DNA from: a virus
Virus record (IMG/VR): IMGVR_UViG_3300007513_000013
Span: 1-64,000 of that record
Reading direction: 5' to 3' (one strand)
DNA length: 64,000 nt
In this document: one piece after another, positions 54,078-63,189 of the stretch
How positions within the stretch are numbered: the first letter of the stretch is position 1
Layout of the letters: every line of letters starts with the position of its first letter
Program-made: the position numbers and the translations under genes
Notes under the pieces: model-generated
What the model was told of the DNA's origin: nothing
Database searches by the model: none
The model's input: the letters and a program-made list of their open reading frames with translations, nothing else

Positions 54078-54592
54078 AACTATTATTTGAAAATTGGCGA
54101 AGGTACTTGAAAGAAGACAAGGATATAGATTCTGTTGTTAAAGTTGTTATTTTAAACGATGAAAATAAAATTTTAATTTTAAAACGAAGTGATGATGAAA
54201 TGTGGAATTTACCGGGTGGCCACATGAAAGAAAATGAAAGCGAAGAAGAAGGTGCAAAAAGAGAAGTCTCCGAAGAAACTAATTTAGCTGTTGAGAACTT
54301 GAAGCCAATTGGTGAAAAAGGCAAAATAAAGTACTATGAATCTAAGGAGTTTAGTGGTATAATAGAGTTAAATGAAGAACACACAGAATATGTGTGGGAG
54401 AACAGCGAGGAGATTGCAAACAAGGATATGCATCAAAAAGATAAAGACATTATAACTGAAAAGTATAATAAATTAGAAGAGTTTGATACAAATATCCCAG
54501 GCCAAACACTGGTTTATGGAGATCCCAATAATGCCGGTGGATTAAATACAAAGCCTAAAAAGTTTGCTGACGAAGAAAATGAAGGAAGTTAA
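54074..54592 (+). CDS. Nudix hydrolase with MKLLFENWR motif
   Basis: Nudix box LPGGHMKENESEEEGAKREVSEETNL; start at ATG 54074. Confidence 0.9.
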   Translation: MKLLFENWRRYLKEDKDIDSVVKVVILNDENKILILKRSDDEMWNLPGGHMKENESEEEGAKREVSEETNLAVENLKPIGEKGKIKYYESKEFSGIIELNEEHTEYVWENSEEIANKDMHQKDKDIITEKYNKLEEFDTNIPGQTLVYGDPNNAGGLNTKPKKFADEENEGS

Positions 54593-55178
54593 TAATTTAG
54601 TAAAAGAATGGAAGAAATTTTTATTAAAAGAAGATAAAACCTACCAAATATATTGTGATATGGATGGCGTTTTAGTAGATCTGGTTGGTGCCGTCTTAGA
54701 AAAGGCACAAAAAAATGCAAAAGATGAAAAGTTAAGAAAAGGTGTTGAAAAAATTCTAGCCATTGATTGGAGATGGACGGAAAAGAATCCAAAATACCAG
54801 AAATCTTTAGATTATATTGATAACATGGTAAGCAATAATGTAGAATTTTGGGCAACATTGCCCCCAACATCAGATAAAGACGTTTTGTGGAGTTATATTT
54901 CACAATATGATCCAATTATCCTTTCTCACCCATGGGATGGAGAGTCTGCAGAGGGGAAAAGAGTGTGGGTTTCGAATTTAATAGATCCTCAACCAATTGA
55001 TGTGATACTAACAGGCGACAAACACAGGCATGCTACAACAAAAGATGGTAAACCCAACATTTTAATTGATGATTTTGAAAAATATACTGTCCCATGGGAG
55101 CAAGCAGGGGGCATTGCCATACTACATACTTCTGCAGAGGACACAATAAGCAAACTTAAGGCTTTAATGGAGCAATAA
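54579..55178 (+). CDS. HAD-family 5'(3')-nucleotidase with related EWKKFL motif
   Basis: IYCDMDGVLVD, GKRVW, ILIDDF. Confidence 0.85.
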   Translation: MKEVNNLVKEWKKFLLKEDKTYQIYCDMDGVLVDLVGAVLEKAQKNAKDEKLRKGVEKILAIDWRWTEKNPKYQKSLDYIDNMVSNNVEFWATLPPTSDKDVLWSYISQYDPIILSHPWDGESAEGKRVWVSNLIDPQPIDVILTGDKHRHATTKDGKPNILIDDFEKYTVPWEQAGGIAILHTSAEDTISKLKALMEQ

Positions 55179-55925
55179 ATGAAGAAATTATTTGAAAATT
55201 GGCGAGGATTAATTAAAGAATCAAGGGGTCCAAAGGGTTTTCACTATAAAATTACACAAAGTTCCAAAACAATAGTGATTTTGCCTTTAAGTTTGCAAAC
55301 TAATGAACCAGAACCAGGAAAAGCAGAGGGAAATGCAGAGGTTGTTCTTGAAAAACGCACAGATATTCCCAATTGGCAGCTAGCATGGTCTAATGCACCT
55401 GCTGATTCAGAGGGTGTTGGTACGATAATGTACCTAATGGCACTAGAATTAGCCGGAAATGAAGGTTTATCCCCCGATGATTACGATCAAAGTGATGATG
55501 CACTACGTGTTTGGGCCAAATTTATGCCCGAAAACAATAGATTTGGTGTTTCTAAGGTCAAAAAAGAGCAATTTGCCCACGATAACGATGAAAATCCCTT
55601 CTTTTTTGTGTTCTACAAGCCGAATAGAGCCATTTTAAGCCGCTTTAAGGACCGTATATCGTATGAGGAGGGGTCGGAGGAAGAAAAGCCCGTCAAAGAG
55701 CCTGATATTGAGCCGTTCGACGTTGAAAATGACTGGGATTCTCTCTATGATGACGAAATATTGCAAGAAGAAGAGCCCTATCAGAAGAAAGTGAAGAAAA
55801 AACACCGCAGAATGAAGGTTAGACTGATTGGAAAGGGCAAAAACAAGCATAATGTGGGCAAAAAGATGAAAAAGCCGTCTTATAAGCGATCAAAAAGCGC
55901 TCCACCGGGCGCTGGTGGCTCTTAG
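55179..55925 (+). CDS. GNAT-like protein with MKKLFENWR motif and basic tail
   Basis: EGVGTIMYLMAL...LSPD..QSDDALRVW; C-terminal KRSKSAPPGAGGS. Confidence 0.6.
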   Translation: MKKLFENWRGLIKESRGPKGFHYKITQSSKTIVILPLSLQTNEPEPGKAEGNAEVVLEKRTDIPNWQLAWSNAPADSEGVGTIMYLMALELAGNEGLSPDDYDQSDDALRVWAKFMPENNRFGVSKVKKEQFAHDNDENPFFFVFYKPNRAILSRFKDRISYEEGSEEEKPVKEPDIEPFDVENDWDSLYDDEILQEEEPYQKKVKKKHRRMKVRLIGKGKNKHNVGKKMKKPSYKRSKSAPPGAGGS

Positions 55926-55955
55926 TGACTAGTTATTGATAGCGAGGGAGGTTTT

Positions 55956-56156
55956 ATGCCAATTATCACTGAAATTTCCGATTTTGACCTCGAAATGATC
56001 AATATTCTGATCAAAAAAGAGCGCGAAGAGCAAAATAACGCTTTTGGGCGCCCATTTCTTCAAATACCAACCCCAAATCCGCTAAATTGTCCGAAATTGC
56101 GCGAAATAACAGAAGAAAAACAAAATGACGACAAAATAATCATTATTGACATTTGA
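55956..56156 (+). CDS. hypothetical protein
   Basis: ACTAGTTAT and GGAGG RBS upstream. Confidence 0.55.
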   Translation: MPIITEISDFDLEMINILIKKEREEQNNAFGRPFLQIPTPNPLNCPKLREITEEKQNDDKIIIIDI

Positions 56157-56194
56157 AAACTATTTAAACTGTATACTTTTATTTTCCCGGAGTT

Positions 56195-58129
56195 ATGCAG
56201 CATATGCCCTATAAGAACCTTGCAAGAATTATATTAGAAGAGTATTATAAGCTTATAAGCGAGTCAAAGGGCAAACTACCATCGACTATAAGCAAAATAG
56301 GTAAACCGGTTCGTATACCTACGCCTAGGCTTCCAACTATTAGGCCTGGTTTGTTAAACCTCGGAAAAACCAGCAAAATAGGACAGACTGGTCATGTTCC
56401 GGATGACGTGGGAGCGCCGCTCGAAGGTGAATTTACATATAGACCTTATGATCTTGAAGCGGCGCCGGTAAAAGAATTGACGCCTGCTGTTGGCGCGCCG
56501 CATGTAGAACCACATGGCCAGAACGTGCAGTATTTAGGGGTGCGCGAGGCTCCGGGTGAACCTGTAGATTATAGCGCGCTAAGAACGGAACTTGGTGGCA
56601 TGCTGGCGCCACATTTTCGAAAAGAACCTGTAAATCCACAAAACTATAGTAGGGTGGCAATGCCGGGAGACGAAGGAAATTTAACGGTTCGGCCATCATA
56701 TGAACAATTTGAAGAACTAGCACCAAGTGGTTTGCGCGATGTAATAAAAAGCATCACAGCGGATGTAAGGGCGGGGGTTATTACTCCACACGATGCTGCT
56801 AGCTTTGTAATCGAGTATTATCCCCGTGAAGCAATGCAATGGCACACAAGACGAGGATATCTTGCGGATGTAGAAAAAGCAGTTAAAGCAAAGATAAAAA
56901 GCATCGATCTTTACCCTAGTGCTGAAAAAGTTGCGTTAGAAAAGTTAAGATTGAAAGCTGCAGAAGCTTTTGAAGCAAACAGACCGGTGGGAGTTGCAAG
57001 CACCGGAAGGCTTGATTTATCAGGTGGTTCAACCATGGAAATACTAGCTCAAGAAAAGGCAGTTATAGACAGCATTGCTCCAAGCTTGGCGCGCCAGTAT
57101 TATGGTAAGGATTATGGTAATTTAACACCTGGAGAAAGAGCGACTGTTCAGGGTATTAGTAAAAACACGCTTGATAGTATAAAAAATACGCCCCCAGCGC
57201 AACTTCGTAAAAATATTGCAAATTTGGAGGCGCGCCAAGGCCAACAGAACCCATGGGAAAAGGCTGGAGTCTCGAAAAAGCTATGGGACGAAGATGTTGC
57301 TGCGAGATGGGGACAATTAATTGATGAAGTACACCCAATGGTAGTAGATTATTATGTCGACGGAATTCGCAGTGGAAAAATTACGGGGCGCGCCCTACAA
57401 CTTGCGCGTGGAACATGGATGAAAGATCCTTTTTATCGCGCAATTGTAAACAAACTGGAGGAACCCTCGCTTATCATCACTGATCATACCAAAGAACCTG
57501 CGATGACCGTTCGAAGGGACTTTAGCGAAGATCCGCGGGGCGTAACGGTTGTTGAACCCACAAAAACACACGAGGATTACGCACCCGGGATGTCTCTTGA
57601 AGATTTTAAAGGCGTTGAGGCGCCGAGTAATTCGGAATTGGCGTGGGCTCGTCACAGGGCACATACGCAAAGGGGCCATGAGGATACAGGCCAACTCATT
57701 CCCGGAAGAACATATGGGATTCAAGCTTATGAGAGAGCGGTGAGCGAGATAGGGCGTCTAGGCATGCCTTTAACTCCCGGAGAAATAAGAGAATTGGCAA
57801 CTAACAGCCCTACAGCATTGCGTGTATATCGCGACATTTTAAATTTGGGATGGGATGAGCACATTGCGCCCGGCCTCAGAACGCCACGAGTGCGCGTTCC
57901 GGAGCGTGGGTTCGATTGGGACACACACTTACAAGACGTGGAACGGGAGATACAAAGGTTTGGGTATTCTCGTTCGGCTGCAGATGTATGGGGTGAAAAT
58001 CCACGTGGTGGTCTAACAGTTGTTGATGAGACACCGCCAAGAAGAAGAGGTCGCATGACAGAATTTGACGAAGCTAAAAAAATAGTACAGAAAGAATACC
58101 AAAAGTTATTGTTGGAAATCAAGAAATGA
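56195..58129 (+). CDS. large probable ejection protein
   Basis: LARIILEEYYKLISE N-motif, C-terminal KIVQKEYQKLLLE; N-terminal paralogy with ORF 58126. Confidence 0.7.
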   Translation: MQHMPYKNLARIILEEYYKLISESKGKLPSTISKIGKPVRIPTPRLPTIRPGLLNLGKTSKIGQTGHVPDDVGAPLEGEFTYRPYDLEAAPVKELTPAVGAPHVEPHGQNVQYLGVREAPGEPVDYSALRTELGGMLAPHFRKEPVNPQNYSRVAMPGDEGNLTVRPSYEQFEELAPSGLRDVIKSITADVRAGVITPHDAASFVIEYYPREAMQWHTRRGYLADVEKAVKAKIKSIDLYPSAEKVALEKLRLKAAEAFEANRPVGVASTGRLDLSGGSTMEILAQEKAVIDSIAPSLARQYYGKDYGNLTPGERATVQGISKNTLDSIKNTPPAQLRKNIANLEARQGQQNPWEKAGVSKKLWDEDVAARWGQLIDEVHPMVVDYYVDGIRSGKITGRALQLARGTWMKDPFYRAIVNKLEEPSLIITDHTKEPAMTVRRDFSEDPRGVTVVEPTKTHEDYAPGMSLEDFKGVEAPSNSELAWARHRAHTQRGHEDTGQLIPGRTYGIQAYERAVSEIGRLGMPLTPGEIRELATNSPTALRVYRDILNLGWDEHIAPGLRTPRVRVPERGFDWDTHLQDVEREIQRFGYSRSAADVWGENPRGGLTVVDETPPRRRGRMTEFDEAKKIVQKEYQKLLLEIKK

Positions 58130-61100
58130 AAAAAAAGAAAATCACCATCAAGATGAACGAATCAAAAAGCAAATTACCATCAACTTTAAGTAAAATAGGC
58201 AAACCTAGACCACCAGGGCCATCGCTTAAGCTACCAGTTATTAGGCCTGATTTATTAAAAATTGGCAGCCCCACTATTTCAAACACTCCACGAGCAGTAG
58301 ATGCGCCACTTGAGGGTGAATTTGTATATAAACCTTATGATCCTGATGTATTAAAACCAGAGGTGCATTTGATGCCGAAGCCGCCGGAGACACCTGATCT
58401 TGCGCGCGGGAAGCAGCCTGATTACGATTGGCTGGAAAGCGAGGTTACACCTGCGGCACCAGTAGAAACTCCAGTTATAGAGCCGTGGGAGTCGCCATTA
58501 CGTTTAGACGACCGACAGCCATTAATGGCAGCCAGGGAAGAAGAAAAGCTGGTTAATGGTTTGAAAAATTTTCTTGCGAAAGAATACTCAAGCGGCCGGT
58601 ATAAGGAAAAATGGTTAGATGCCGGGGTACCAGAAAAAGTGTACGATGAGCTTGTTTTGCCGCGCGTAATAAAAAAAATCAACGCCACGCCAATAATTAT
58701 TTCAAGTCAAACACCTGATGGGCTTAACCCAGAAATATGGGAGAGGGCTGGTGGCGTATATGCCCCGCCGGGTGCAACTGGGACACCATGGGGGAGCGTA
58801 CAAATAAGAACACCATCAGATATAGCAAAATATTCCACCGGAGGCATGTCGACCTTGGGAACACTGGCTCATGAAGTTGGCCATGGTTTTTCTTATGATC
58901 CATATTTGGTTGCAATTTACAACAAATTCAGAAGTGCTCCTAATCCTGCGCAAGAGTTCCTAGCAAACAAAGCATTAGTTAGGAGCGGCATACCGGCTGA
59001 AATTATTCCGTATCTCAAATCGCACGGCTTAAGTGCAGCGCAGCAAGGTCTTTATCGTTACTACCCTCCGGAGCATGCGCAATCCATTTATATACCAACT
59101 GCTACACTGGCTCAAATGCAGGCTTATGAGCTAGATAGTTTACTTGATCTTGGTCAGCATGGCGGCCAGATTGGAGACCGTCTAACACCTGGAGAATTGC
59201 TGGGTTATAAATGGGCGCAAAATTTTAAAAAATATCGTGCTGGAGACACTTCTCCAGAAGTGAAGGAAGCTGCTCTTCAGGAATATAAATGGCGAAGCAA
59301 TATAGAGGAAATATATGCAGATGTAAAAGCAGTTGATGCTATTTTAAAGCGCCCAATGACAGGGAATGATATTAGAGAAACTTGTATGGGAGTTCGTACT
59401 GTTGGTTCGGCTGCAATAAATGCTGTCCCTTCGTTTAGGGATTTTTTAAATTGCAAACACCCTGAAAAGGCTGCTTCTATATTCAACAAAATAGTCCAAA
59501 TCGGCATTGCTGGTACTGGTGCTGCAGCTGTTGGTGCTTCCGAGGGAGATGGATCACAAAGCTTAAAAGAAGATACACAAAATAAAATAAACAAAATTAT
59601 TTCTGAAGAAATTGAGAAAATGTTGTTAGAGGCACCTGTGATACCCGCTTCTTTTGCCGATTATTTAGATACACCGCATGCAGCTGCTCTTCGAAGAAAA
59701 ATGGACTTCTTAGGTTCAAAACATTCTCTCCCCTACCCTCAAAGCATGGACGTACGCCCGAAGGAAGAAATCGGTGGTGGTTATACAGACGAATTTGGCT
59801 TGAAGCATCAAAAAGGTTCACAGCGCGTGACGCCCGGAGAGCAACTTAAGCACGAAATTGCAATGGGCGGCATGAACTGGAAACAAGGTGTCCCGGGATA
59901 TTATTTACCATGGGGCGGCCCTAAAGATCCTAAAGATCCCCGCGGGGCGCCAAGAGGTTGGATATATCAAGGGCCCGGAACACGAGAAGGTGGGGGTTCC
60001 ACACCGGTTCCTCCGCAAAGAATGGGCGGCTCTAGTGCTCTAAAAAAAGATCCGAGTGGTTATTTTCAAAGATTTGGAAAGGGCAAACGAACTTGGTCTG
60101 GTGTGCCAAGAGGAAAAAATAAAGGACTGAGATATGGCTACATTCCCGGCTCAGAATTAAAGGCGAAAGTGGACGAATACACCAAAACGAGAAACATACA
60201 CAAAGATCTAGAAGACGAAACGTGGCAAAATTACAGAGGCCGCTCAAGTTTTTTCAGTGAAGATTCCGGAGATTTAGATGGTCCGATTGTTCGCTCATAT
60301 CAAGATCCAAAAACAGGCAAGTGGCATCAAACCACAATTGTACCGATGGCAGATCCATATAGGCAGGGACCGGATCCCAGTAAAGAGGGAAAGTCATCAT
60401 GGTTAGATCTGTTTACTGGTGGCGGATCTGGTGTGGGATGGACTGGCATGCCACACACTGGTCCAAGCGCATCGCGGCAGCTAGAATTAAACAAAGAAAG
60501 AATGCGTCGGTGTGCAAATGATCCTAAATGTCTTGATAAATTAAAATCAAAATGGGAAAAATCTAAATATTTCCCTGGAGCAACAGAAGGGTTCGGAAAT
60601 CTTCCTCTCATGTGGCCTGGATGGGAACAACTTACAGATTATTGGACCGGAATACAGTCGCCCGGAACGCATCGTGCTGCCCTACCAGATGAAAGCAGTT
60701 ATCTACGACATTTGGGTGTACCCAAGAAAGCTACACAAAAGGTTTTTAATAAAAAAGATTGGCATTATTTAAACGACAGAGAGAAAGAGGTCGCTAGTTT
60801 TAACTATTGGGAGCGCAAAGAGAATAAAGATAGAATTCCTGAACTTTTGAAAAAACAAGAATCTGGTGATCTTACCGATAGAGAAAGACTGGAACTAAAA
60901 GGGTTAACGTATGTAAAGGAGTTTAGTAAAATCGCAGACAAATACAAAAAAGCGATGGGCCCGGGCTATGAATATTCTAACCCTGCATATGCAGGTGACG
61001 TTCCTTATCAGTTTAATCTTTTCACAGATCCTATAGAAGTAACTCCAGCCGGTATACCGGCCATGCTTTGGAGAGGGCTAGCCAAGGGAGGCTTACGGAA

Positions 61101-63114
61101 TATGTACAGATCATTGAAAAGTGGACAGCCTATGCCAACTGGTTTAGGTGGCGAAATTACCCCAAGGCTGGCTCATTGGTCAGAATCTCCGGTGTTGGCG
61201 AGGCTAGCTCCAAAAACAATAGACGCGGCGCAGTCTGCAGAGCTAATGCGCCAGGCGAAAGCCGCAACTGATCCTACGCAGTTGGCCAAAGGAGCAGTAG
61301 TTGGGCCCGGGGCACTTCCGGGTGGTGAGCAAATAATACGTCCATATGAAATACCAACGCCCAAGGGGCCAAAGCCGTTTGAGCCGGTAAGAGTCGACGT
61401 AGAAAAAAGCGAAGCCTTTAAACACATTCATCAACAAGTTAAGGCTTTAAAAGATTGGCATCAAGCTAATTTTGGTGCAAGGAATTCGGTCGAAATTGAA
61501 AATATCAAAAAAGGAATAACACAACAAGCGGTAACTGGTAGGCTTTATGACCTAGAAGACCTCAAACATATAATCATCGATCTTAAAACTAGTGGCGGTT
61601 GGGCAAGAAATCCATTTGCGGAGCTTTCACAAATAAAATATGATCCTAGGTTACTTGAAGAATCCTTAGACAGCTTGAAAAACGTTGTTCTAGGAAAATT
61701 ACAGAGTTTATTAAACGAAGACAAAGATATAGTTCTGGAAGAAATAAAGCCGCCCAAGCCCTACAAACCCAAGACTGTCAATTATAAATTTTCGTTTGGA
61801 AGAATTGGAGAGGAGCCTTTAGAAGAGCGTGATGGCGACAAACTTCATTATGGAGCATCGATGAATAAGCCTGTTTTGGCTTTTATCAATCTTGTTCTGG
61901 CCAAAAGAAAAGTCAAGCAACAGCAAACAGGAAAACCAATTAGAGCGCTAACTGATAAAGAGCTTTCAGATTTGATTACATATACAAATTACAAAGGTGG
62001 CTCAAATAAGGTTAATAGAGCTTTAAGCAATCTTCGTTATAATCCAAAAAATCCAAAAAACGATAGAGATTACTATAAAAAACTCAGCAAACAAGTAGGA
62101 ATAACACAAGAACAAACACGAGAAATGTTAAAAGAACTTGAAATTGATAATGTAATTGGTGGCGTTCGATGGGGTGGGGCGAACAACAGGCAATCGCCGC
62201 GGGGTTATAGCCAATTCATGTCTAAAATGCTACAATATAAGTCCAATCCGGATTCTGAATTTCATGATGAGGCCACTAAAGTATTATATTATATGCAACA
62301 CCGGCATGACAAGAGGAATACTGGTGCAAAAGGTTTAAAAAAATATTTAAATAAAAGACTAGAGAAAGAAGGGTATGGCAAAGATGCCATACAAACAATA
62401 TATGGAAAAGGCGGATATGTAAAGGGTACCCTAAACTACTCCATCGTTATAAATGATAAATATGTCCTATCTTTGTATACAAAGTCTAAAAAACCTAAAG
62501 CATCTTCATATAAAATGAGACCAGACTTACATAAGATATCGGCTGATATTATCTTACGTAACCTCGATCCAGAAGAGTTAGGTGTTGGTGGTTATGATCG
62601 ATTAAAACAGGACACGGAAATAGAAGGCTGGAATCAAAGAGAGATGGATAGAGTAGAGAAACTAGCTACTTGGGATGTTATTTCACCAGAGGACATGATG
62701 TCTGCACAAAAAATTGATGCACTAGTACCTCAAGAGGTGGACAAAGCAGTTGACCTAGATAGAGCAGAAGAGGAGCCAGATCTGCCATTGAGCAAAGAAA
62801 GACTAAATGAAGAAAAGCAACATATTGCGGTTGATATTGTACTAAAGTATAATAACGACTTTTCATTCTATGGCTATGTGTTAAATCAAATTAGAGCAAT
62901 TGATGGAATTACAATTGCAAAGGCGGATGAAGCTGGTGTTGTAGATGTTTCGCCCGAACGTCAACAAATTTTATTGCACCTTAAGTTTATGCCAATTGGC
63001 TCACTTTCACGTTATTTTTGGTATCTAAAAAATGAGCTAAAGAAGATACAGGATGCCAGTGGCGACAAGATCGACAGTGTACAAATTCGCGGAATCCCAC
63101 GACAAATAGATTAA
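58126..63114 (+). CDS. 1662-aa multidomain (polyvalent-type) probable ejection protein with HExxH and beta-lactamase-like domains
   Basis: LAHEVGH (58864-58884); GASMNK / SNKVN / KGGY motifs near the C-terminus; domains separated by L-x-E linkers. Confidence 0.75.
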   Translation: MKKKKITIKMNESKSKLPSTLSKIGKPRPPGPSLKLPVIRPDLLKIGSPTISNTPRAVDAPLEGEFVYKPYDPDVLKPEVHLMPKPPETPDLARGKQPDYDWLESEVTPAAPVETPVIEPWESPLRLDDRQPLMAAREEEKLVNGLKNFLAKEYSSGRYKEKWLDAGVPEKVYDELVLPRVIKKINATPIIISSQTPDGLNPEIWERAGGVYAPPGATGTPWGSVQIRTPSDIAKYSTGGMSTLGTLAHEVGHGFSYDPYLVAIYNKFRSAPNPAQEFLANKALVRSGIPAEIIPYLKSHGLSAAQQGLYRYYPPEHAQSIYIPTATLAQMQAYELDSLLDLGQHGGQIGDRLTPGELLGYKWAQNFKKYRAGDTSPEVKEAALQEYKWRSNIEEIYADVKAVDAILKRPMTGNDIRETCMGVRTVGSAAINAVPSFRDFLNCKHPEKAASIFNKIVQIGIAGTGAAAVGASEGDGSQSLKEDTQNKINKIISEEIEKMLLEAPVIPASFADYLDTPHAAALRRKMDFLGSKHSLPYPQSMDVRPKEEIGGGYTDEFGLKHQKGSQRVTPGEQLKHEIAMGGMNWKQGVPGYYLPWGGPKDPKDPRGAPRGWIYQGPGTREGGGSTPVPPQRMGGSSALKKDPSGYFQRFGKGKRTWSGVPRGKNKGLRYGYIPGSELKAKVDEYTKTRNIHKDLEDETWQNYRGRSSFFSEDSGDLDGPIVRSYQDPKTGKWHQTTIVPMADPYRQGPDPSKEGKSSWLDLFTGGGSGVGWTGMPHTGPSASRQLELNKERMRRCANDPKCLDKLKSKWEKSKYFPGATEGFGNLPLMWPGWEQLTDYWTGIQSPGTHRAALPDESSYLRHLGVPKKATQKVFNKKDWHYLNDREKEVASFNYWERKENKDRIPELLKKQESGDLTDRERLELKGLTYVKEFSKIADKYKKAMGPGYEYSNPAYAGDVPYQFNLFTDPIEVTPAGIPAMLWRGLAKGGLRNMYRSLKSGQPMPTGLGGEITPRLAHWSESPVLARLAPKTIDAAQSAELMRQAKAATDPTQLAKGAVVGPGALPGGEQIIRPYEIPTPKGPKPFEPVRVDVEKSEAFKHIHQQVKALKDWHQANFGARNSVEIENIKKGITQQAVTGRLYDLEDLKHIIIDLKTSGGWARNPFAELSQIKYDPRLLEESLDSLKNVVLGKLQSLLNEDKDIVLEEIKPPKPYKPKTVNYKFSFGRIGEEPLEERDGDKLHYGASMNKPVLAFINLVLAKRKVKQQQTGKPIRALTDKELSDLITYTNYKGGSNKVNRALSNLRYNPKNPKNDRDYYKKLSKQVGITQEQTREMLKELEIDNVIGGVRWGGANNRQSPRGYSQFMSKMLQYKSNPDSEFHDEATKVLYYMQHRHDKRNTGAKGLKKYLNKRLEKEGYGKDAIQTIYGKGGYVKGTLNYSIVINDKYVLSLYTKSKKPKASSYKMRPDLHKISADIILRNLDPEELGVGGYDRLKQDTEIEGWNQREMDRVEKLATWDVISPEDMMSAQKIDALVPQEVDKAVDLDRAEEEPDLPLSKERLNEEKQHIAVDIVLKYNNDFSFYGYVLNQIRAIDGITIAKADEAGVVDVSPERQQILLHLKFMPIGSLSRYFWYLKNELKKIQDASGDKIDSVQIRGIPRQID

Positions 63115-63189
63115 TTATTTTTATAAACTAAAGAAAACGCTTGTTTTTTTGTTAAGTTGTGTTATACTTATATATAGAGGGCTTGTGCG

